From Solirubrobacterales bacterium (GTDB lineage: Bacteria > Bacillota > Syntrophomonadia > Syntrophomonadales > DTU052), in NCBI GenBank assembly GCA_050258755.1, contig JBLMZI010000005.1, positions 79,534 to 143,533 on the forward strand: a DNA stretch of 64,000 nucleotides, given 5' to 3'. A model generated the notes under the pieces. It was not told the DNA's origin and did not search any database. It saw only the letters and a list, made by a program, of their open reading frames with translations. Below, in pieces: positions 27,228-34,923 of the stretch; the first letter of the stretch is position 1; every line of letters begins with the position of its first letter. A program made the position numbers and the translations under genes.

Positions 27228-27989
27228 TTACCGCTTCCGCTGATGCTCATAGCAGTAGATGGCTCCCCCAAACCGCTTCTCGTTATCTAAACAGTATTGA
27301 AGGACCTTCTCTGATACAGGTTTACCGCAATGAGCGCACACTGCTTGGGTAGGTTCTTCTGTTGCCGCCGCCTCCGGTTCGCTGGCTTCAGGTTGCATCT
27401 CATGAACCTGGGGCAAGGGGACAACTTCCGCTTCAGCCTTCGCTGGCAATGGGGCTGGCGTATCCTTGACCGACAGAAGTGCTCTTACCAAGTCATCTCG
27501 GTTCCAAAGCTCCACAGCATTGGCCTTGGCAAGTTCGATAGCTTGATTCGTGTAAAAACTATTTGTGACGACCATAGCTTTGGTGCAGCCGTACTTTCCC
27601 TTCGCCGCCACCGCTTCCTGAACCGCCTTAATCCCGACCTTGTTTTTGTATCGTTTGGCCTGGATGACCGTTTTCACGCCGTTTTTGCTTGTTATGAGGT
27701 CAGCCCCGTAATCGCCGATGTACTGTGTCCGCTCAACCTTGTATCCCAGCTTTGTAAATAGTACCTCCAAGTACTTCTCAAAGGTCTTTCCGCTCATTCC
27801 ATCAATCTGGTCGATACCCGATTCCGCCAGCCGCTTCTTCTCCCAAATGCGAAAGATAAACTTACCGATGACCACAAGTGCGATAAGCGCCCATATCGGC
27901 CATGTAACAGATAATCCGCTGAATGTTGCTTTCAATAAATCGAGGGTAGATATCAACGAAATTCCCCCTGTAATACTAGTTTTCACCAT
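27228..27989 (-). CDS. Membrane-anchored Mrr-like restriction endonuclease domain protein with C-terminal zinc finger
   Basis: One N-terminal TM (WPIWALIALVVIGKFIF). Mrr_cat-like core GKTFEKYLEVLF...GDYGADLI...VIQAKRYKNKVG. C-terminal CAHCG...CYEH. Confidence 0.75.
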   Translation of the reverse strand: MVKTSITGGISLISTLDLLKATFSGLSVTWPIWALIALVVIGKFIFRIWEKKRLAESGIDQIDGMSGKTFEKYLEVLFTKLGYKVERTQYIGDYGADLITSKNGVKTVIQAKRYKNKVGIKAVQEAVAAKGKYGCTKAMVVTNSFYTNQAIELAKANAVELWNRDDLVRALLSVKDTPAPLPAKAEAEVVPLPQVHEMQPEASEPEAAATEEPTQAVCAHCGKPVSEKVLQYCLDNEKRFGGAIYCYEHQRKR

Positions 27990-28217
27990 ATTCCACGCAA
28001 AAGGAGTAATCCCTTCTTCCGTCCTTGTTAACCGCCCGGTTTTTGTTCCTGATACCTTGTTTAGTTTTTCTTACTCCTGTTGTGATTAACATTCTGGTCA
28101 TCCGCCTAGCCTAGGTTTGAGGCCCAAGCTAGAGCCGGATGGAGGTGAATGAACTCCGAATATGGCCTCAAATATCAAACTCACCTTGAACGGCGAGTAT
28201 CGAAAGGAAGCGATAAT

Positions 28218-30416
28218 ATGTCTACAAGCCCTACCCATGCCACCTACATTTACAATCATGACCTTATCCCCGAAGAACTCAAGCAATTCCCCCAATGGAT
28301 TCACTGGAGGGGTGAATGGGATGAAAAGTCAGGGAAACTTAATAAGATTCCTCAGCAAGCCATTTTGGGGGGAAATGCCAAGGTTAATGACCCATCGTCG
28401 TGGTGTGACTACGAAACAGCCGTAAAGGAACAACGCGAAAGCCCGTTACCATTTGGACTGGGCTTTGTTCTTACTGAAGAAGACGACATTATCGGGTTTG
28501 ATTTTGACCATTGCATTGATGAGAACGGCAAAATAGCTGATTGGGTTCAGAATGACTTCATTTCAGTATTGCGTAGCTACTCCGAAGTATCTCCCTCAGG
28601 AAAAGGAGTGCGGATATTCGTCAGAGGTTTCTTGCCCGGTCCATCAAAGAAGACTCAACAAATTGAGGTTTACGACAAAGGAAGGTATTTAACCGTTACA
28701 GGTAACCACATCGAGGGCACTCCGACCAGCGTCGAACATCGGCAAAATGAAATCGAAGCCATCTATCAAAGGTATTTCGGGCCTATTGAGAAAGCCAAGA
28801 AAGCTAAGAATCAAGTGATGCATTCTAGCCACCCCGTATTGGCAAACTACGGTAATGGTCTTTCTGACAATCAGGTCCTGTATCTTGCACGTAGCGCCCA
28901 AAATCGCGACAAATTCAATGCATTATGGTCGGGAGAGTGGGACTCGATTGGATATCCTTCGCCGAGTGAAGCGGACCAAGCACTCTGTTCTATGCTTGCG
29001 TATTGGACAGCCAAGAACGCCGAACAAATAGACCGTTTGTTCAGGAAATCGGGGTTAATGCGGGATAAATGGGACGAGAATCGCGGCGAGCATACTTATG
29101 GGGAACTAACGCTAATCAAAGCGATTGGCGTAACACTGGAAACATATGACCCAGCCCATCTTCTCGGCACCGACCATGACAATGCCATCAAAATGAACCA
29201 TATTGATGTTGCCAAACACATTCTCACCAACTATCAGTGTTACTATTATCAAAACCACCTGTATATCTACAGCAACGGAGTTTACAGGGTTGGCGACTAC
29301 CTTATTGAAAAACAGGCCCACAATTTACTTGGTAAACACGCAACTTCCCGCAATGTTAGCGAAGTGATTGCCTGGATACAGCGAGAAACCCGTATTGATG
29401 ACCTCGCCATGAATCCGGATGATGGTCTAATTAATGTTCAGAATGGCCTACTGAACTGGCGGACGGGTGAACTCTTGCCGCATACGCCTGAACGGTTGTC
29501 CACGGTTCAGATTCCAGTTATCTATGACCCCGCCGCCAAGTGCGGAACGGTGGACATTTTTTTGAATAGTGTGCTGCCCCAAGACCTTATTCCGGTTTAC
29601 TACGAGATGCTCGGCTATTGCCTGGTACCTCATGCGAGGTATGAAAAAGCCTTTCTGTTTGTCGGTGAAGGGTTTAACGGTAAGACTACCGCTTTATCCA
29701 TTCCCCAAGCCCTGGTTGGTAGTGAAAACGTGGCAAATATGTCTTTACATCAAGTTGAGGGACGGTTTGGGGCGCAAAATCTTCGGGATAAAATGCTATG
29801 CGTAGATGATGACCTTCCTGGACGAAAGCTCGAAGAAACGTCAATATTCAAAAAAATAGTCTCAGGGCAATCGTTAACGGTGGAAGAAAAGGGTAAGCCG
29901 CACTTCAACATCAAACCCACTGTTAAGCTTCTTTTCGCTGCCAATCACTTGCCGGAATCAGCCGATAATTCGAACGGGTTCTGGCGTAGATGGATTGTGT
30001 TCCCTCTAAGTAATGTATTCGGAACAAATCCAGACCGCGAACTCGGTATGAAATTGACCTCTCCGGCCATGCTTTCAGGAGTATTGAACAAGGCAATCGA
30101 AGGGTTGCGCAGATTGGAGTCACAGAATGGATTCAGTTATGCGGATTCAGATAAATCAGGCCTTGAGGCATGGCGGTATGAGAACGACAATGTGCGGCAG
30201 TTCGTTGACGAATGCTGTGAGATGGCCGGGTATCAGTCAAAAGTTGAGATACACAGGCAGTACATGGTCTGGGTGGCTGAGTCTGGGCAAACCCCGGTAG
30301 GGCGTAATAAGTTTTACTCTCGAATTAAGACGATAAGTGGTGTCGAAGATAGAAAGGACGCCAACGGAATCCATTGCTTTTACGGTATCCAACTCAATCC
30401 ATCCGCAAACTTCTAA
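28218..30416 (+). CDS. Bifunctional prim-pol / P4-D5 family primase-helicase
   Basis: N-terminal AEP prim-pol motifs (GLGFVLTEEDDIIGFDFDHC, SPSGKGVRIF). D5_N-like middle region. Walker A GEGFNGKTT and Walker B LCVDD. AAGGAAG lies 7 nt before ATG 28218 (ORF opens at 28149). Confidence 0.85.
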   Translation: MSTSPTHATYIYNHDLIPEELKQFPQWIHWRGEWDEKSGKLNKIPQQAILGGNAKVNDPSSWCDYETAVKEQRESPLPFGLGFVLTEEDDIIGFDFDHCIDENGKIADWVQNDFISVLRSYSEVSPSGKGVRIFVRGFLPGPSKKTQQIEVYDKGRYLTVTGNHIEGTPTSVEHRQNEIEAIYQRYFGPIEKAKKAKNQVMHSSHPVLANYGNGLSDNQVLYLARSAQNRDKFNALWSGEWDSIGYPSPSEADQALCSMLAYWTAKNAEQIDRLFRKSGLMRDKWDENRGEHTYGELTLIKAIGVTLETYDPAHLLGTDHDNAIKMNHIDVAKHILTNYQCYYYQNHLYIYSNGVYRVGDYLIEKQAHNLLGKHATSRNVSEVIAWIQRETRIDDLAMNPDDGLINVQNGLLNWRTGELLPHTPERLSTVQIPVIYDPAAKCGTVDIFLNSVLPQDLIPVYYEMLGYCLVPHARYEKAFLFVGEGFNGKTTALSIPQALVGSENVANMSLHQVEGRFGAQNLRDKMLCVDDDLPGRKLEETSIFKKIVSGQSLTVEEKGKPHFNIKPTVKLLFAANHLPESADNSNGFWRRWIVFPLSNVFGTNPDRELGMKLTSPAMLSGVLNKAIEGLRRLESQNGFSYADSDKSGLEAWRYENDNVRQFVDECCEMAGYQSKVEIHRQYMVWVAESGQTPVGRNKFYSRIKTISGVEDRKDANGIHCFYGIQLNPSANF

Positions 30417-30421
30417 GCTGC

Positions 30422-30468
30422 GTGAGGAGGTTCATCCAGTATTGGGTGGACCTCCTCCGCTTTCATTC
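30422..30468 (+). terminator. Putative terminator after the primase gene
   Basis: GAGGAGGT...ACCTCCTC stem followed by a TTTCATT tail, which is weak. Confidence 0.45.
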
Positions 30469-30510
30469 CAGATTCTCATACGTAATTACGGCCAGCTTAT
30501 CGCTCCTTTT

Positions 30511-30700
30511 CCAGTTTTCCAACTTTATATAGACTTCTTCTTCAATGACATTCACGGGGGGATACCTCTTTTACCTTGCTTTTCAGCAGAAACCAAGAAA
30601 TAATTGGAAAACTGGCCTCCTTGTGAATATTTCGGGGCTTCTTTGGATTCATAAAGTGGACAACTGTTGGCTGAAAACTGGCGTTGGACCGAAAACTGGT
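30511..30700. repeat. Iteron cluster, putative replication origin of the element
   Basis: GTTGGAAAACTGG-type repeats: inverted copy at 30511..30523, direct copy at 30604..30616, and a tandem pair GTTGGCTGAAAACTGGC / GTTGGACCGAAAACTGGT at 30666..30700. An AT-rich stretch lies beside the first copy. There is no convincing ORF in 30417..31083. Confidence 0.5.
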
Positions 30701-31083
30701 AATCGAGTACCTTTGGGGGTATTTGTGAGAATGAAGCATGGCAATTACTTAACCGTCTTGATTTCCAACTCCGAACCAAACAAGCGGTTTGTAGCTGTAT
30801 TTCCGTCATGGTTTCTCGTATTGTCCGGTATTGCTTGCGACAGACCCTGATGATGAGGGCTCCCCTCTGCTCTCAGATTGGTCTGTGTTGCACTACACGC
30901 TCTCTTTGCCGCTGCCCCTTTTTATGCCTGGAATACCTGAGTTGTTCACGTTTCTGGCATCGGGGGTGGCTCAACAAAGAACAACGGCTACACACTCGTT
31001 GTGGATATCGGCAAGCTGCGTTAAGAAAACATCACCGCTGTCTATTCTAAGGTTAACAAGATAAATACAAAGGAGGTTTTGAA

Positions 31084-31341
31084 ATGATTAACCCGTTCGT
31101 CCAACTCTACCAAAATGAAGGTGTATCGCTTATGGCATTTTGCACAAAGCATGAGTTGCCTATACCCACGTTCAAGTCGCTAGTATCTGGTCAAGCCAGC
31201 GGTGTATCGCGAAATATGCGCAATATACTGACCCAAGCCGGATTTGATGGAAATATGTTGGATATCAACTACCAGGCGTGGTTAAATCGCCGAGCGGAAG
31301 AGGAGTACCGTCGCGTACGGGGGGAAGTTCAAAACGCCTAA
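31084..31341 (+). CDS. Hypothetical small protein, possible HTH
   Basis: AAGGAGG RBS. 85 aa. The segment SLMAFCTKHELPIPTFKSLVSG looks helix-turn-helix-like. Confidence 0.55.
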   Translation: MINPFVQLYQNEGVSLMAFCTKHELPIPTFKSLVSGQASGVSRNMRNILTQAGFDGNMLDINYQAWLNRRAEEEYRRVRGEVQNA

Positions 31342-31394
31342 ATGCGCTTCGGCGGCTAAGACATACGGCTTATACAATCAAGGAGGTTATTACA

Positions 31395-31688
31395 ATGAAA
31401 CGACTACCCGTTGACCAAGTATTCAGCTTGATGTCCTATGAAGACAGCAGACTGCATTTCGATACCGAACCAGTAAGAAAGGCATTCTTCAAATACATGA
31501 AGGACAAACTTGCCGATACCTGTGCTGAAAACTCTATCGCTCACTATCTTGCGGAAGCCACCTGGAGAGATGTCCAGGAACGTAATGCGCTCCTGGCGCG
31601 GCTTACAAGGTATTTCAACCGATACGGATGGGACCTGCCCCCGGACCCAAAGTATTATATGGGTAAGTACACCTCGCTATTTCGGTAA
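31395..31688 (+). CDS. Hypothetical protein (97 aa)
   Basis: AAGGAGG lies 8 nt before ATG 31395, inside ORF 31278..31688. No family recognised. Confidence 0.5.
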   Translation: MKRLPVDQVFSLMSYEDSRLHFDTEPVRKAFFKYMKDKLADTCAENSIAHYLAEATWRDVQERNALLARLTRYFNRYGWDLPPDPKYYMGKYTSLFR

Positions 31689-31708
31689 TTCTCGCTTCCT
31701 TCGCTCAG

Positions 31709-31745
31709 CCCCGCCCACAATCCACAGTGGGTGGGGTTACTCTTT
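31709..31745 (+). terminator. Rho-independent terminator
   Basis: CCCCGCCCAC / GTGGGTGGGG stem followed by a TTACTCTTT tail. Confidence 0.6.
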
Positions 31746-31794
31746 GGGTGTCAATACCAACCGAACTATTATCATTTCGAGGAGGCGCAATACA

Positions 31795-31827
31795 TACGAA
31801 AAGGGTGTAAGTTCAACCTACACCCTT
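31795..31827 (-). terminator. Terminator of the M-R-Vsr operon
   Basis: The reverse strand reads AAGGGTGTA GGTTGAACT TACACCCTT followed by TTTT. Confidence 0.7.
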
Positions 31828-31840
31828 TACAAGCAAATCA

Positions 31841-32326
31841 TTATTTCGTTGAGTCGGTATCATAGTCAGCCCGCGATTCTGCGGCGAGAAACCCTGAAGG
31901 CGGAGGAAAACCACTTTTGGCCTGAGCAATGAAGTTCGCTATCTGACTGATTGTCCCGTAGTAGTCTTCAATAAGTTGATGCTCCCAAACCCGGAGAATA
32001 TGCCAGCCGGATTCACAGTAATATTGGGTCACTTCAGCATCCCTTTGCCGGTTTCGCTCCATCTTCCTTTCCCAGAAGTCCACGTTGGATTTTGGCATTC
32101 TACAATGCTGTGGGCACCCATGCCAAAAACAAGAGTCCAGAAAGATTACAATGCGGTATTTCTTGATTGCTATATCCGGCTTACCGGGCAGGTCTTTTAC
32201 ATTTCTTCTGAATCTATGACCACGTTTCCACAATTCAACTGTTACGGAGTCCTCGAATTTTGTATGTTTGTTTTTTACAGCCCCCATTACCCGACTTCGA
32301 ACTTCCCGTGTTACGCTATCGGTCAT
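31841..32326 (-). CDS. vsr: Very-short-patch repair endonuclease
   Basis: SRVMGAVKNKHTKFE...GKPDIAIKKYRIVIFLDSCFWHGCPQHC is the Vsr signature. 4-nt overlap with the upstream gene. Confidence 0.9.
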   Translation of the reverse strand: MTDSVTREVRSRVMGAVKNKHTKFEDSVTVELWKRGHRFRRNVKDLPGKPDIAIKKYRIVIFLDSCFWHGCPQHCRMPKSNVDFWERKMERNRQRDAEVTQYYCESGWHILRVWEHQLIEDYYGTISQIANFIAQAKSGFPPPSGFLAAESRADYDTDSTK

Positions 32327-32928
32327 GATTCCAAAAGATATTGTTCCGCTTTGATGATTATTTCTTCCGCTGATTCATTCCGGGGGCGGAGCCTTTCGGC
32401 CCACGACCTACCTGGATGCAGGACATCCCAGCGTGAGACGTACTGATTATATCTACCGGAACCCGGGTCGTGGTTGCCGAAACCATCAATCAGATGATTC
32501 CATATCGGTTTGAACGTCTCAATTAACAGTGATTCAGCTAATGGAATCCAGATGTCATCAACCACAAGATACCTACATTTAAAATCGCTCAACTCAAGGT
32601 TTTCAGCTTGTTCAACAGATGAGGCGTGCTCTTGAAGCCTATTGAATAATGCTTTCCCCGGTGCGGCTCCCAGTCCGAACCCACCTTTTCGCGCGCCGGG
32701 AGGTACAGCTTTTCCGACATAAATAGGCTGTAAAAACATGTCATCTCTGTTTTGTTCGGCAATGCGGCGATAAGCAGTGAATGTACCAGTATAATACAGC
32801 GCATATATTCCCGCTCCTTCGAAAGGTTCTGCGGGAGGTAACGAACCAATTTCCCGGCTTAACATAGCATCGACAACGCTATCCGCCAAATTGCGCTTAT
32901 CTAATGGGTTGTACGGTGTTTCGCTCAT
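32323..32928 (-). CDS. GIY-YIG type II restriction endonuclease, Eco29kI-like
   Basis: Motif order GIYALYY ... PIYVGKA ... RLQEH ... LAESLLI ... PIWN, with the long GIY-to-YVG spacing I associate with the Eco29kI family. 4-nt overlaps with the methyltransferase and vsr. Confidence 0.7.
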   Translation of the reverse strand: MSETPYNPLDKRNLADSVVDAMLSREIGSLPPAEPFEGAGIYALYYTGTFTAYRRIAEQNRDDMFLQPIYVGKAVPPGARKGGFGLGAAPGKALFNRLQEHASSVEQAENLELSDFKCRYLVVDDIWIPLAESLLIETFKPIWNHLIDGFGNHDPGSGRYNQYVSRWDVLHPGRSWAERLRPRNESAEEIIIKAEQYLLES

Positions 32929-34106
32929 TGCGCCACCTCCAACCTTCGCTGTCCTTCCAATGTCCTACGGACACTTTCAACGACAATTTCTCCAAGCCTT
33001 ACAGGGACCGCGTTTCCAATCTGCCTCATACTTTCAGACCAGGAACCATCAAATGCGAAATCGTCCGGGAAGGTCTGTAATCGTGCGCTTTCCCTCACAG
33101 TGAAATACCTAACGCTACCGTCAGCTTTAACCACCATGTTTTCACCTCCAGGCACCCCATGGTCCCCGGCTTTCAATGTCTTTGCGGGTTCATCCATAGG
33201 ACTTCCTGTATGACCGTGATATGCCCGCGCACCGTCCCGGAATTCATGGTTCATTATGTTTCCGCGCTTATTAACTCTCTCGGGGTCAGGTAAGCCAACC
33301 AAAGCGTCCCTAACCGTTCTCCACGGCAGCGTAATGGGGGGGGTATCGCTTGCTTTAAGTCTACGAATACGCCCAGTTACAGCTTGCGGGTTTGTGGCAT
33401 TGCTCCTTACTCGATGACGGTCCCAATACTCACCTGAAACATATTGGCTCCATAACAGGGCACCGTAGGAATGGGTTGGTTCTGGGAAAGCCCATTCAAT
33501 ACCTAAATCGTTTCTGAACCCAACAATAAACACTCGTTCCCTTTTTTGGGGCACGCCGTAATCAGCGGCGTTAAGCATCCGGAAAACAACATTGTACGAT
33601 AACCCCTTGTGTCTACCTTGGGTATGATGTCGCTCAAGTCTGTCCAAATGCGCTGTCCATTGTTCGTTCTTTCGTTGTGTAAGCTCAGGATAGGTTACCT
33701 GAAGAAGTATGTATTCAAAATATCGGCTGAACGTTTCACGGAGTAATCCCTTTACGTTCTCGATTACTACAACCCTTGGTCTTAATTCCCTTATCGCCCG
33801 TATCATCTGGGGGAACATATTTCTGTGGTCCTCGTTGCCTCTGTGTTTTCCTCCAACAGAAAACGGCTGGCATGGCGGACCACCGGCTAGAAGGTCAATG
33901 TCGGTATACTTGGTGAAATCAATCAAAGCGACATCGCTTTCAACCAAAGGCCACTCCATTACCACAGGATTACCCCGGCGTTGGTTTAATCGGATTGTAT
34001 TACAGGCGTCGTTGTCCCATTCGACCAGTAATTTATGATTAAAACCCGCGTTTGAAATACCCAGAGCAAGTCCACCCGCACCGGCGAACAACTCAAGCGA
34101 ATTCAT
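32925..34106 (-). CDS. DNA (cytosine-5)-methyltransferase
   Basis: Motifs ELFAGAGGLALG (I), GGPPCQPFS (IV), ENV (VI), QKRERVFIVG (VIII), GNAVP (X). GGGGGAGG RBS before ATG 34106 (ORF opens at 34196). Confidence 0.9.
   Translation of the reverse strand: MNSLELFAGAGGLALGISNAGFNHKLLVEWDNDACNTIRLNQRRGNPVVMEWPLVESDVALIDFTKYTDIDLLAGGPPCQPFSVGGKHRGNEDHRNMFPQMIRAIRELRPRVVVIENVKGLLRETFSRYFEYILLQVTYPELTQRKNEQWTAHLDRLERHHTQGRHKGLSYNVVFRMLNAADYGVPQKRERVFIVGFRNDLGIEWAFPEPTHSYGALLWSQYVSGEYWDRHRVRSNATNPQAVTGRIRRLKASDTPPITLPWRTVRDALVGLPDPERVNKRGNIMNHEFRDGARAYHGHTGSPMDEPAKTLKAGDHGVPGGENMVVKADGSVRYFTVRESARLQTFPDDFAFDGSWSESMRQIGNAVPVRLGEIVVESVRRTLEGQRRLEVAQ
33336..33343 (-). repeat. C8 homopolymer inside the methyltransferase coding sequence
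   Basis: The + strand G8 run encodes Thr-Pro-Pro (ACC CCC CCC) in DTPPITLPW. Confidence 0.9.
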
Positions 34107-34296
34107 TACTTCATTCCTCCCCCGTGTAACTTGACAGTCTGGTTTTCTACCTGTATTTTCGCCTAAAATCACAAAACTCCTGCAATAACAGAACATTTGT
34201 TCCCTGGTTACCGCAACGACCTTTCAGGAAAAATCTCCTGTAAGATTGCCGTCACCACCAACGCCGCGAAACCCCTTTACCGATTTCCTAGGCACC

Positions 34297-34306
34297 GGGG
34301 GGGGGG
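34297..34306. repeat. G10 homopolymer about 190 bp upstream of the methyltransferase start
   Basis: ggcaccGGGGGGGGGGagga, read directly. Confidence 0.9.
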
Positions 34307-34471
34307 AGGAGTGATTGCTTTTTGTGTGGCTTTTTTAGATATTCTTCATTGTTGTGGTTTACTGAATGGCGATTACGTGTATTATGAAAGTACTTCGGAC
34401 CCTCTATCCGTAATCGTTGGTCCGTAGTGTTTCAATTTTATAAGCAAGAGGAAAACGCCGTAATTTCGGGG

Positions 34472-34556
34472 GCCGGAGTGGCTGAACATGACCAACGGAC
34501 TTAAAATCCGTCGATGGGTGACCATCGTACCGGTTCGACCCCGGTCTCCGGCACCA
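34472..34556 (+). pseudogene. Degenerate tRNA-Leu-like copy at attR
   Basis: It shares GCCGGAGTGGC and the 3' 64 nt with tRNA-Leu. The D-arm is GCTGAACATGACCA, so no D-stem can form, and the copy is 4 nt shorter. Confidence 0.75.
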
Positions 34557-34559
34557 CTG
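34493..34559 (+). repeat. attR core (67-bp direct repeat)
   Basis: Identical to 25835..25901. Confidence 0.9.
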
Positions 34560-34644
34560 GATTTTTCGAGGTTCTTGCTCCAGCGGCAAGACGTGAGATA
34601 CGTGAAAAATTGTAGGGCTCGTTGAGTCTCAATCGATGAACCAG

Positions 34645-34686
34645 AACCCCCTTGCCTCGCACGACGAACGGCAAGGGGTTTTCTTA
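34645..34686 (+). terminator. Terminator downstream of attR (likely the original tRNA operon terminator)
   Basis: AACCCCTTGCC ... GGCAAGGGGTT stem followed by TTCTT. Confidence 0.65.
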
Positions 34687-34923
34687 TGGGAAAAATCGTT
34701 GGCGGGTATCGAGATATAAAGACTGACGCGATTGTGCGCCAATGGTGCTAACGCAGGGCTGCGCCGGCATTCCGAACCGGTCTGCGAGTCGAACGCATTT
34801 CTAGTAAAACGGGGATAAAGACGATACAATAGAATCCAGGTAAATTATTCCTGTTCGATGAAATCGCTGCCGGGGACGGCTGATGGAGCGCGAACGGAAT
34901 TCATGGAACGAGGAGGGAACGGT

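Larger units (their letters stand above)
25835..34559. mobile_element. ~8.7-kb integrative element in tRNA-Leu (integrase, Mrr-like nuclease, primase-helicase, ori-like iterons, M/R/Vsr operon)
   Basis: Perfect 67-bp direct repeats at both ends. Integrase lies next to the intact tRNA. Sampled lines are more AT-rich than the flanks. The original tRNA-operon-type terminator lies just outside attR. Confidence 0.85.

Noticed and set aside
30417-31083. ORFs in the element's non-coding stretch: 30337..30603, 30545..30850, 30552..30809, 30542..30739, 30808..31050 and 30831..31064.
   Set aside because: They overlap one another in several frames. None has an RBS, the amino-acid composition is odd, and there is no family resemblance. 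The region is better explained as origin and regulatory DNA. A small regulator cannot be fully excluded.
34197-34427. 76-aa ORF between the methyltransferase and attR.
   Set aside because: It has no RBS, contains the G10 tract (encoding GGGG), and is Cys-rich with a nonsense-like sequence. It is probably non-coding regulatory DNA.
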